This document shows positions 27,144-35,713 of a DNA stretch of 51,667 nucleotides, piece after piece. The translations under genes were made by a program, and so were the position numbers. Positions within the stretch are counted from its first letter, which is position 1. Every line of letters starts with the position of its first letter. Source of the stretch: Candidatus Hadarchaeota archaeon (GTDB taxonomy: Archaea; Hadarchaeota; Hadarchaeia; Hadarchaeales; Hadarchaeaceae); contig CAYFPZ010000010.1 of NCBI GenBank assembly GCA_964345105.1, positions 1 to 51,667 on the forward strand, written 5' to 3'. The notes beneath the pieces are model-generated. The model made no database searches and had not been told where the DNA came from. It saw nothing but the letters and a program-made list of their open reading frames with translations.

Positions 27144-28634
27144 TTGGTTTTAATGGTCTCGGCGAAGGATGTCCAGGAGCTTGTGAAATCGAAGCTGAAG
27201 GGATACAAATTTCTCATTGTTTCTAACCGCGAACCCTACATCCACATGTACACGCCTGATGGGGTGCAGGTCAAGACTCCCGCTGGAGGTCTGACGGCAG
27301 CCCTAGACCCCCTGATGCAGGCCACTGGCGGGATATGGGTGGCGGGCGGTAGTGGGGATGCCGATCGGGAAAACGTCGATAAACAAAATCGGTGCCGGGT
27401 TCCCCCTGGTAACCCAAAATATGTGCTTAAAAGGGTGTGGATGTCAAAGAACGAGGTGGATAAGTTTTACTTCGGTTTTTCGAATCAGACACTCTGGCCC
27501 CTTTGCCATAACGTGTTTCGGGAACCCGTTTTCGAGAAATCGTTCTGGAATGGTTACAAGCACTCGAACGCACTGTACGCGGAGGCGATCAGGCAGGAGA
27601 CGAAGGTAATAGATAAGGCTTTCATTTGGTTTCATGACTATCACTTGGGGCTAGCACCAAAAATTGTCAGGAACGGCGCCCCGAAAAAACAAAAGCTCGT
27701 GCTTGCTCACTTCTGGCATATCCCCTGGCCTACTTGGGACACCTTCACACTTATACCGTGGGCGAAGGAGATACTCGATGGCATGCTTGCGAACGACCTC
27801 ATCGGTTTTCACCTTCCTAGTTATTGTATCAACTTCTTGGCGAGCGTTGAGAAGGTGATGGGGATTAAACCCGATTATGGGACACTTAACGTGAAATATA
27901 AAGGACGCACCATCCACGTGAGGCCCTTCCCTATAAGCGTGGATTTTGACACTATCGATAAACTGGCGAGAAACCCCGGGGTAAAGCGGGAGATGAAGCG
28001 CGTCCGAGCTCCCCAATACATCCCATACAAATATATCGGCGTAGGCGTAGATCGGATTGACTACACAAAGGGCATCCTTGAGAGGTTCCGGGCCATAGAT
28101 CGGTTTTTGGAAAAGTACCCCGAGTACCAGAATAATTTCGTGTTCGTGGAAGCGGGAGCACCAAGCCGCACCCGAATTCCAGCCTACATGGAACTGAATG
28201 AGGAGATATCCAAAGCTGTAGACAGGATTAATTGGAAATATATGAGGGGCTATTGGAAGCCGATTATTTACATCGAGGGAAAGTTGGGTCCTGATAGACT
28301 TTTCGCATTATACAGGACCGCTGATATTTGTATAGTGAGCCCGATTCAAGACGGAATGAACTTGGTGGCAAAGGAATTCATCTCTGCAAATGTAGATAGC
28401 ACGGGTGCGCTGATGCTGAGTAAATTTGCGGGAGCAACAGAGGAACTTGAGGATGCTGTAATAGTCAATCCCTATGATGTGGAGGGATTTGCAGACGCAA
28501 TTAAAGATACTTTGGACATGTCGCCGAAGGAGAAGCGTCGAAGGATGAAAAGTCTAAGGGCCAATGTTAAGAGGAACAATGTTTTCAAGTGGTTGTCAGA
28601 TTTTATTTGCGAGGTCGCGAAATTCATCTCGTGA
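27144..28634 (+). CDS. otsA: Trehalose-6-phosphate synthase (GT20)
   Basis: [47 protein letters not shown]. The start may be ATG at 27153. Confidence 0.9.
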   Translation: MVLMVSAKDVQELVKSKLKGYKFLIVSNREPYIHMYTPDGVQVKTPAGGLTAALDPLMQATGGIWVAGGSGDADRENVDKQNRCRVPPGNPKYVLKRVWMSKNEVDKFYFGFSNQTLWPLCHNVFREPVFEKSFWNGYKHSNALYAEAIRQETKVIDKAFIWFHDYHLGLAPKIVRNGAPKKQKLVLAHFWHIPWPTWDTFTLIPWAKEILDGMLANDLIGFHLPSYCINFLASVEKVMGIKPDYGTLNVKYKGRTIHVRPFPISVDFDTIDKLARNPGVKREMKRVRAPQYIPYKYIGVGVDRIDYTKGILERFRAIDRFLEKYPEYQNNFVFVEAGAPSRTRIPAYMELNEEISKAVDRINWKYMRGYWKPIIYIEGKLGPDRLFALYRTADICIVSPIQDGMNLVAKEFISANVDSTGALMLSKFAGATEELEDAVIVNPYDVEGFADAIKDTLDMSPKEKRRRMKSLRANVKRNNVFKWLSDFICEVAKFIS

Positions 28635-28639
28635 TTCGA

Positions 28640-29440
28640 ATGGAATATCTTTTCAATCGCTGGGAGGAGGTAGAGCGAGCTTTAGCGCCCGGCGCTTTGT
28701 TACTGCTTGATTACGATGGCACCCTCACTCCCATTGTCGAAAGGCCAGAACTTGCTATCCTCTCACCAGATATGAAGGAATTGCTTAAACGTGTGTCCCA
28801 GCACTACACGCTGGGGATAATAAGCGGAAGGTCGCTCGCTGATGTGAAAAGGCTAGTTGGGCTGGAAGGGATATATTATGCCGGAAACCATGGTTTCAAG
28901 ATAATTGGCCCGGGAGTGGAATTAGTCAAGCCCGAGGCTGAGCGCGTGCGCCAAACCTTGGTCAAACTTTGTAAGGAGTTACAGGAAAAACTAAGCAAAA
29001 TCAAAGGGGTGATTGTTGAGAACAAGGGGTTGACGGCAAGCGTCCACTACCGATTGGTCGCGGAGGAGGAGTTTAATCATCTAAAAAACATTTTTGAAAA
29101 GGTGGTTGGCCCGCACATAGATTCAGGGGTAGTAAAGATTACCCGTGGAAAGAAAGTTTTCGAGATAAGACCGAACGTTGAGTGGGGCAAAGGAAAAGCT
29201 GTGCTTTGGATATCTGGTGTAGTTGACCCCAAAGGAGAGCTCAAGCCAATTTACATGGGAGATGATCAAACAGATGAAGACGCGTTTTCGGCTTTGAAAG
29301 AAAAGGGCGTAACAATATTGGTTTCTGAGGAGTCGATAGAATCGAACGCAAAATACTTCGTAAAAAATATCGATGAAGTTAAGAAATTTTTTGAAAAACT
29401 AATAAATTTGAACGCAGAGATAAGAAGGGGATGTAAATGA
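28640..29440 (+). CDS. otsB: Trehalose-6-phosphate phosphatase (HAD)
   Basis: LLLDYDGTLTPIV, ISGRS, GDDQTDEDAF. The start lies 6 nt after the otsA stop. Confidence 0.85.
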   Translation: MEYLFNRWEEVERALAPGALLLLDYDGTLTPIVERPELAILSPDMKELLKRVSQHYTLGIISGRSLADVKRLVGLEGIYYAGNHGFKIIGPGVELVKPEAERVRQTLVKLCKELQEKLSKIKGVIVENKGLTASVHYRLVAEEEFNHLKNIFEKVVGPHIDSGVVKITRGKKVFEIRPNVEWGKGKAVLWISGVVDPKGELKPIYMGDDQTDEDAFSALKEKGVTILVSEESIESNAKYFVKNIDEVKKFFEKLINLNAEIRRGCK

Positions 29441-30453
29441 AAGCATTGATCCTAGCGGGCGGATTTGCAACTCGGCTTGGTACTATTGGCGAGCAGATGC
29501 CCAAGGCAATGGTAGTTGTCGAAGGGGACACAGTTCTCGGCCATTTGATTAAGAAGCTCGAAACCGAGAAAATCGAGTCGATAATCTCGATAAATAAAAA
29601 GTTTGAGAATTTTTTTGAAAGATATAAAAATGTTCTTATCGAAAAAGCGACGGCGGAGGAAGAAAAACTTGGAGCAGTTCGGGCAATAAATAATGCAATC
29701 AAAAAGTTGAAAATTGATGAGGATCTTTTGGTGGTGTGTGCCGACAATTATTTCTCCTCCGATTTCAAGGGTTTCGTCTCCAGTTACACAGGTGAGCCGC
29801 TCATCGGCGTTTATTACGCTGGTCAAAAACCAGACATGAATCCAGAAGAGATGGCGACGATGAAATTTGAGGGAAGTGAAAGTTTTCCGCCGCCGGAGCA
29901 GAGCTTTTATCTGACTGATTTTAAAGAAAAAGTCAAACCGCCACTTAGCGATTATGTCAGCGCTGGCATATACATCTACCCAAAATCAATTTTTCCAATA
30001 TTAGACGAGTTCTGCAAGAGGGGAACGCAAGACGCTCCTGGATTTTTTATTAAACATTTACATGAGCGTGGCGTGAAAATCAAGGGTTATTTGTTCGGGG
30101 GTAAGTGGTGCGATGTATCTAATAAGAGCCACCTCCAAATCTTTAGTGATGCCAGACTTGTGAAGAGCGACGATCGTTACATTATATGTGATAAACCCTT
30201 GGGCGAGAACTTGGTGCTTTCCATCACAATCTTGCATGCGGGTAAACATACGACTGGACACTCCCATCCAGTCAATGAAGTTTACTTCTTCGTTGAAGGA
30301 CAGGGCGAGATCGAGCTAGATGGTAAGCGGAGGGTCGTGAGGAGTAAGGATGTGCTACCGATAAAGCCTAACGAGTTTCACCGCGTTTACAACACCTCGG
30401 ACATAGATCTCGTCTTCATATGTGTGTTTGAAAAATATGGAGAGAGGGGATAG
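29437..30453 (+). CDS. Sugar-1-phosphate nucleotidylyltransferase fused to a C-terminal cupin domain
   Basis: N-terminal LILAGGFATRLG (GxGTRL-like NTP-transferase motif). C-terminal GHSHPVNEVYFFVEGQGEIELDG...FHRVYN (cupin motifs). 4-nt overlap with otsB. Confidence 0.75.
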   Translation: MKALILAGGFATRLGTIGEQMPKAMVVVEGDTVLGHLIKKLETEKIESIISINKKFENFFERYKNVLIEKATAEEEKLGAVRAINNAIKKLKIDEDLLVVCADNYFSSDFKGFVSSYTGEPLIGVYYAGQKPDMNPEEMATMKFEGSESFPPPEQSFYLTDFKEKVKPPLSDYVSAGIYIYPKSIFPILDEFCKRGTQDAPGFFIKHLHERGVKIKGYLFGGKWCDVSNKSHLQIFSDARLVKSDDRYIICDKPLGENLVLSITILHAGKHTTGHSHPVNEVYFFVEGQGEIELDGKRRVVRSKDVLPIKPNEFHRVYNTSDIDLVFICVFEKYGERG

Positions 30454-30499
30454 TTCCAAAAAGTAAAAGCCGAAAAGCTTTGAGTATTCTGGGATAAAT

Positions 30500-31540
30500 T
30501 TGACAAAGATTACGTTTGAGAAGACGCTTCAAGAAGCTAGGCTACTAAGTCCTCTACAGGATTTCAAGCTAGTTACCCAACCAATCGAACTCAGGAAGGA
30601 CCCGCTAACCGGAAGACGGTGCAGAATAAACCTTGAGCGTGCGAAGAGGCCGAAACAAGCAGCCAAGGCAACCGATATAGAAAATATCATCGAAGCCTCT
30701 CGGGCCAAATGCTTCTTCTGCCCAGAAAATTTGGAGAAAATGACTCCAATGTTCCCAGAGGACTTTCCGGAGAAGAGGATAAAGGTCGGGGCCGCATGTA
30801 TATTCCCGAATCTTTTCCCGTTTGGTGGGTTCCACGCAGTTGGGATTTTCTCGGAGGATCACCACCTAGATCCCAATCAATTTTCACCGAAGTTACTTGA
30901 GGAGTGTTTCGAGGGGTGTTTGAGGTATTTCGAGCAAGTGAACGAAAGGCATCCTGAAATCAAGTATTGGCATATAAACTGGAACTACATGCCACCTGCT
31001 GCTGCCAGCATCATCCACCCGCACGTTCAGCTTACAGCGGACCCGGGCCCGACTTCACGGCTCCAAGAACTCATCAAAAGTAGCAGATCCTATTTCGATA
31101 GAGAAGGGAGGAATTATTGGTCAGATTTAGTGGAGGCGGAGAGAAATAAAGGGGAGAGATTTATCGGAAAAACTGGCCCCGTGGTTTGGATTACGAGTTT
31201 TGCCCCCGAAGGAAACAGCGAGGTTGTAGCAGTCTTCACCGGGATTTCCGCGATGACTGACCTTAAAAAACGCGGGCTCGGAGATTTTTGCGATGGACTT
31301 TCTCGAACTTTGAAGGGTTATCACGCCCTTGGAGTTCAGAGTTTTAACATGACGACATTTTCGGGTCCATGTGATGAGAACTTAAGTGAGTACTACCTTC
31401 TCAATGCAAAGTTGGTGTCTAGGCCTAACCCGAGACAATTTTATACGAGCGACGACGGCTTCATGGAGAAACTTCATCACGAGAGTGTTATCGAGACCAT
31501 GCCGGAAATCCTTGCTGAAAAATTAAGGGAACACTTCTAG
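30500..31540 (+). CDS. GalT-like HIT-family nucleotidyltransferase (galactose-1-P uridylyltransferase / NDP-hexose phosphorylase type)
   Basis: CFFCPEN zinc-site motif and IIHPHVQL (HxHxQ) active-site motif. TTG start. Confidence 0.75.
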   Translation: MTKITFEKTLQEARLLSPLQDFKLVTQPIELRKDPLTGRRCRINLERAKRPKQAAKATDIENIIEASRAKCFFCPENLEKMTPMFPEDFPEKRIKVGAACIFPNLFPFGGFHAVGIFSEDHHLDPNQFSPKLLEECFEGCLRYFEQVNERHPEIKYWHINWNYMPPAAASIIHPHVQLTADPGPTSRLQELIKSSRSYFDREGRNYWSDLVEAERNKGERFIGKTGPVVWITSFAPEGNSEVVAVFTGISAMTDLKKRGLGDFCDGLSRTLKGYHALGVQSFNMTTFSGPCDENLSEYYLLNAKLVSRPNPRQFYTSDDGFMEKLHHESVIETMPEILAEKLREHF

Positions 31541-31555
31541 GCATTGGTGCGGAGT

Positions 31556-32926
31556 CTATTTACCGAGTACTTCGGAGAAAACATTCAAAAGAGCTTGAGC
31601 GCCTTGCTTGATGTAACATTTTTTCGCGGTTTCGAATCCTAATTTTCCCATTTCGTTTGCCGCTCCGGGTTTCGAAAGCACTCTGATTATCTTACTCGCG
31701 AGTTCTTCGTGATTGTTTGAGGAGAAGATACAACCATTTTCTCCATCGATGATGATTTCGGAAACCCCGGCTCCTGAACTGACCACGACGGGCTTTTTGT
31801 ATATCCACCCCTCAAGCACTGCTAACCCGAAGCCCTCCAACACAGAGGGCAGGACCACTACATCGGCTCTTGTATATGCTGCTCTTAGCTCATCCCCGGT
31901 TAGGTATCGGGTGAAGATGATTCTTTGACGAACACCAAGCTTGCTTGCCAGTTGCTCTAACCTATCTAACCACCTCACCCCTTTCGGGAGCCCTAAGCCA
32001 CCCGTGCGAGCACCCGAAAAACTCCCGTTGCCGACTAGCACAAGTTTCACACTAGGAAAGTGTTTGGCAATTCGCGCCAGAGCTCTAACTGCGGTATCTT
32101 GACCTTTTATTGGGTCAAGACGGGCAACCACGAGGATTATCATGTCATCGTTGTTAATCCCAAACCTCTCGCAAAACTGGCTGACTTTAGTATTCGACGC
32201 TCGACCATGCGCTTTTTCATCGATGTGGGGGTAAATCTGATAAATCCTACCTTTAAAACCCGCTTTCGACAAACTTCGCTTGTATTTCTTACAGCTCACG
32301 ATGACGGCGTCGTAGTCTTCCAGATATCTTTGTAAAAAAGTCCTCCATCCCCGAGTCATCTTCGTCATGTCGAGAGGAATGTGCCATCGGAAGATTTTTC
32401 GCGTCACTGGGCCAGTCATTGACCCAACCAAAAGCAGCTGGAAATCGTGCACGTAAAACATGTCAAAATTAATCTCGGCGTGCAGGTCCATCATCTTCTT
32501 TGCGTAGTGCCAGTTGAAAAGGGCATAGTCAACGAAGTGCCTGCGAGAGATCCACGTTTGTTCCATACCGTGGACGTTTCTCCACATTGTCTCTTTGAAG
32601 TGTCCGTAGCTAGCCATTTCATGGAATTCTAATTCGATTCGGTGCAGCACTATCCCGCCGAACGATGTCATCTCGGGACTCAGGGGATTGATCGCCACCC
32701 AGTGGGGCCTCCGAATCTTATTTGTCTTGTACATCCACTGAAGCATTGGGGCGACCATGCCCGTGACTCCGCCTGGTGTGTAAACGAAGTCTTCACCTTC
32801 CAAGAGCATTTTTAGCTGCATCGGTTTCGAGAGGTCACCATATTTTTCGAACAGTGCGTCAGGGTCTAACTTAAACCGTATTGGAGGGGTTTGAGAGCTT
32901 ACGCATAGTGATACTTTTCGCATCAA
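31556..32926 (-). CDS. GT-B glycosyltransferase, TreT-like (trehalose glycosyl-transferring synthase family candidate)
   Basis: VHDFQLLL...IFRWHIPLDM...FLQRYLEDYDAVIV resembles the TreT N-domain pattern (HDPQ...WRCHID...YD). The C-terminus has the GT4 E..GFGLAVLEG motif. Product not assignable. Confidence 0.65.
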   Translation of the reverse strand: MMRKVSLCVSSQTPPIRFKLDPDALFEKYGDLSKPMQLKMLLEGEDFVYTPGGVTGMVAPMLQWMYKTNKIRRPHWVAINPLSPEMTSFGGIVLHRIELEFHEMASYGHFKETMWRNVHGMEQTWISRRHFVDYALFNWHYAKKMMDLHAEINFDMFYVHDFQLLLVGSMTGPVTRKIFRWHIPLDMTKMTRGWRTFLQRYLEDYDAVIVSCKKYKRSLSKAGFKGRIYQIYPHIDEKAHGRASNTKVSQFCERFGINNDDMIILVVARLDPIKGQDTAVRALARIAKHFPSVKLVLVGNGSFSGARTGGLGLPKGVRWLDRLEQLASKLGVRQRIIFTRYLTGDELRAAYTRADVVVLPSVLEGFGLAVLEGWIYKKPVVVSSGAGVSEIIIDGENGCIFSSNNHEELASKIIRVLSKPGAANEMGKLGFETAKKCYIKQGAQALLNVFSEVLGK

Positions 32927-33016
32927 TTTAATTTGTTCACTGCCTTTTTACATTTTTCTAAACTTAATAAACTTTCCTTCCATAAAATTTTAATTAACTC
33001 AAACTGTTATTTTATA

Positions 33017-34234
33017 ATGATGGACTTTATTGAAGTGACCGTGCGGCGAAATCCAGTATTAATTAAGGTAGCGGCTGAATTCCACCAGTCGGGCATAATC
33101 CCGGCCAACACCGTTGTGATAGACCTTGATGCCGTAAAGCGCAACGCTGAAATTATAAAAAGTGAGGCAGACAAATTTGGTGTCTTGAATTATTTTATGA
33201 CGAAACAATTTGGGAGAAACCCATTGGTATGTAACGTTATACGAGATTCAGGAATCGAGAGCGCTGTGGCAGTTGATATAGAGGATGTAAAATGTTTGCA
33301 CCGGCACAAGATACCTGTTGGCCATGTAGGACACTTAGTACAAATCCCAATGCACGAGGTGGAGTACGTTCTGAAAGAGGTAAACCCTGAGGTCATAACC
33401 GTTTTTAGTGTGGAAAAAGCTCAAGAAATATCTAAAGCAGCTGAGAGGCTTAGAAAGACCCAGAAGTTGTTAGTTCGTGTCGTCGGTAAGGGCGATTTCT
33501 TTTACCAGAATCAAGAAGGAGGATTCCCGGAAGAAAAAGTCGTAACAGTTGTAAAAACTATAAATAATCTTGAGGGGGTTAAGGTCGTCGGCGTGACATC
33601 TTTCCCTTGTTTGCGCCTCAACCTTAGGTCTAAGAAATTAGAACCTTTGCCAAATTTCGACACTCTCATAAGGACAGCATCCAAGCTCGAAAAAGAACTG
33701 GGAATGGAGGTAAAGCAAATCAATGCTCCGGGCGATACTTCGGCGGTGGTAATGAAAATACTTGCGGAGAAGGGTGCGACTCATGGGGAACCTGGACACG
33801 GTTTCACCGGTACGACCCCTTGGCACGCATTTGAAGACTTACCCGAACTCCCGGCGTGGGTTTACGTGAGCGAAGTCTCACATTTCTTCGGGGACAAAGC
33901 TTTCGCCTTCGGCGGCGGCCTTATGAGTGCTGATGCACCATTAGGCTTATGGACGTATTTATATCAAAAGTTCCGTTTGTATGCTCTAGTGGGTCGTGAA
34001 CCCGAAACGATTGTTGAAAAAAAGATACTTGCTGAGCCCGCTGGGTATATTGATTACTACGGCCCTCTCTATCCTGGCCCAAGTGATAAAATAATGGTGG
34101 GCGACACGGTGGTGTACGGCCTCAGGAACCAAGTTTTCGTTTCTAGGGCTAATGTTGCAGTAGTCGGCGGAATACAGCGAAAAAGACCGAAGTTATTAGG
34201 TATTTTCGATCGGACTGGTAATTTATCATCGTAA
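33017..34234 (+). CDS. YhfX-like fold-III PLP enzyme (alanine-racemase N-terminal domain family)
   Basis: RRNPVLI, FMTKQFGRNP (candidate PLP Lys), VGHVGHLVQIP. Resemblance to E. coli YhfX is recalled from memory. The track start at 32933 is an AT-rich extension. Confidence 0.55.
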   Translation: MMDFIEVTVRRNPVLIKVAAEFHQSGIIPANTVVIDLDAVKRNAEIIKSEADKFGVLNYFMTKQFGRNPLVCNVIRDSGIESAVAVDIEDVKCLHRHKIPVGHVGHLVQIPMHEVEYVLKEVNPEVITVFSVEKAQEISKAAERLRKTQKLLVRVVGKGDFFYQNQEGGFPEEKVVTVVKTINNLEGVKVVGVTSFPCLRLNLRSKKLEPLPNFDTLIRTASKLEKELGMEVKQINAPGDTSAVVMKILAEKGATHGEPGHGFTGTTPWHAFEDLPELPAWVYVSEVSHFFGDKAFAFGGGLMSADAPLGLWTYLYQKFRLYALVGREPETIVEKKILAEPAGYIDYYGPLYPGPSDKIMVGDTVVYGLRNQVFVSRANVAVVGGIQRKRPKLLGIFDRTGNLSS

Positions 34235-34240
34235 TATATT

Positions 34241-35458
34241 CTATTCTTCTAGTAGCTCCAGAACTTCTGGGGGTAAGGTTCCTAGAGAACCTTGTGTCTG
34301 CTTGTAGAATCCGTCCACAAGATTGGTTCTCACAATCGGGAAGACCTTACTAACGGTATAGATTCCTTGTAGTTGCGCTTGTTGACCCAGCAACCATTTG
34401 AGTGCAGCATTGATCGAGTTTTTCCCCATCTCGATGGCATCGGCTGCGCCGCATCCGATTATTGGATAATCGCGGTCAGCAATGAATGTTGCTCCAGTTA
34501 TCCCTCCGAGGTCTGGGGCAGCTACGACCACCTCGCCTTCCAATCCTAGTGCAACCACAGCCTCAGCCGCTCCGGTTGCTGGTCCCATCATCCAAGTGCA
34601 CCAAATAGCGTCTATCTCCGGGTTAGCTTGTAACATTCCCAATGCTATATCATACCCCTGACCTGGGTCGGTGAATCCTTCTCTAGTGACTACCTCAATG
34701 TTAGGGTACTTGATAAACGTGTTCTCAGCTCCAGCTAGACGCATTACGTTGGTCCATTGCTCTAATGCGAAGTATATTATTCCGACCTCTCCTTCATAGT
34801 CCATTGCATACGCAAGTATTTCAGCTGCAGATGCTCCTTGTCCATATCCGTCAGCATCTACCAAGCCGATGTAATTAGGTGTGTCGTATAGACCCACGGG
34901 TGTAGTCCAATTGTGAAGTTGTGGAACCCCAGCCTCTGAGAGCGCAACAAAGGCTGGCCCCGTAGTTACTGCCTCATACGCCTCAGCAATGATGAAACTT
35001 ACATCACCAGCCTTGGCTGCTAAGGAATTTATCTGATCTATTTGTTCCGATATCGACTCAGATCCCAAAAATGCTATCGGTGGTTTTCCCACTCCAGCAA
35101 GTACTGCATCCATCCCCACCTTGTTTAGTATTTCTGTTATGTCTAGAGTTGCACCCATGAAATAATACTCTCCCAACTCTAAGTCCTGGGCTGCCGCCTT
35201 TTCTGCCTCTGTGAGTTCCAACACTGTGGCAGTAGTGATGGACTCACCTGCAGGGCCACCCGGGGTCCATGGAGTAATGAGATTTTCTTCTAAACTCGTG
35301 ATCCATTCTAACGGTATTTCCCTGAACTTTCCCACTACTCCCTCTTCAGGGGGTCTAGTAAGCAAATATGTACCTAGGCCGGAAACAATTGCTACAGCCA
35401 CTACCAAAATAACTGTAACAATCCCGCTAACACTTTTTTCTTCTCTCATCATGTCCAT
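34241..35458 (-). CDS. Sugar ABC transporter substrate-binding protein (PBP type 1), membrane-anchored
   Basis: N-terminal TM anchor (IVTVILVVAVAIVSGLGTYLL) followed by an acidic periplasmic-binding-protein-like domain. Confidence 0.7.
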   Translation of the reverse strand: MDMMREEKSVSGIVTVILVVAVAIVSGLGTYLLTRPPEEGVVGKFREIPLEWITSLEENLITPWTPGGPAGESITTATVLELTEAEKAAAQDLELGEYYFMGATLDITEILNKVGMDAVLAGVGKPPIAFLGSESISEQIDQINSLAAKAGDVSFIIAEAYEAVTTGPAFVALSEAGVPQLHNWTTPVGLYDTPNYIGLVDADGYGQGASAAEILAYAMDYEGEVGIIYFALEQWTNVMRLAGAENTFIKYPNIEVVTREGFTDPGQGYDIALGMLQANPEIDAIWCTWMMGPATGAAEAVVALGLEGEVVVAAPDLGGITGATFIADRDYPIIGCGAADAIEMGKNSINAALKWLLGQQAQLQGIYTVSKVFPIVRTNLVDGFYKQTQGSLGTLPPEVLELLEE

Positions 35459-35550
35459 TCACTTTTTATCATACCCCGAAATTATGGCACAAGCACCTCT
35501 CTTGTCATGTAAATTTTTCTCATAAGTTGAATAAGGGATTAAGAAATAGA

Positions 35551-35587
35551 GTTCAGAAACATTGTTCAGAAACACAGTTCAGTAAGA
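35551..35587. promoter_or_regulatory. Three direct repeats GTTCAG(A/T)AA(C/G)A at 13-nt spacing in a divergent promoter
   Basis: gttcagaaaca (35551-35561), gttcagaaaca (35564-35574), gttcagtaaga (35577-35587). Located between the binding-protein gene and the GH35 gene. Confidence 0.4.
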
Positions 35588-35713
35588 GAATTGATATTCT
35601 CAAGCGTTCGGGCCTATTTTCCATGCAACTTGATTCTAATAGGCACAGAGTTTACCTTCTTAACACCTAGAAGCAGAAAATTCCAAATAATAGATAAGTG
35701 TAAATATATTACG

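Noticed and set aside
32933-33016. N-terminal extensions of the YhfX-like gene (32933) and the GH35 gene (35591-35713) given in the ORF track
   Set aside because: The extensions run through AT-rich promoter-like sequence and encode implausible low-complexity peptides. Internal ATGs coincide with the start of family-like sequence.
35551-35587. Tandem direct repeats, checked as a possible CRISPR or minisatellite
   Set aside because: There are only three 11-nt units with 2-nt spacers, and no cas genes. The pattern fits a protein-binding site array, not CRISPR.
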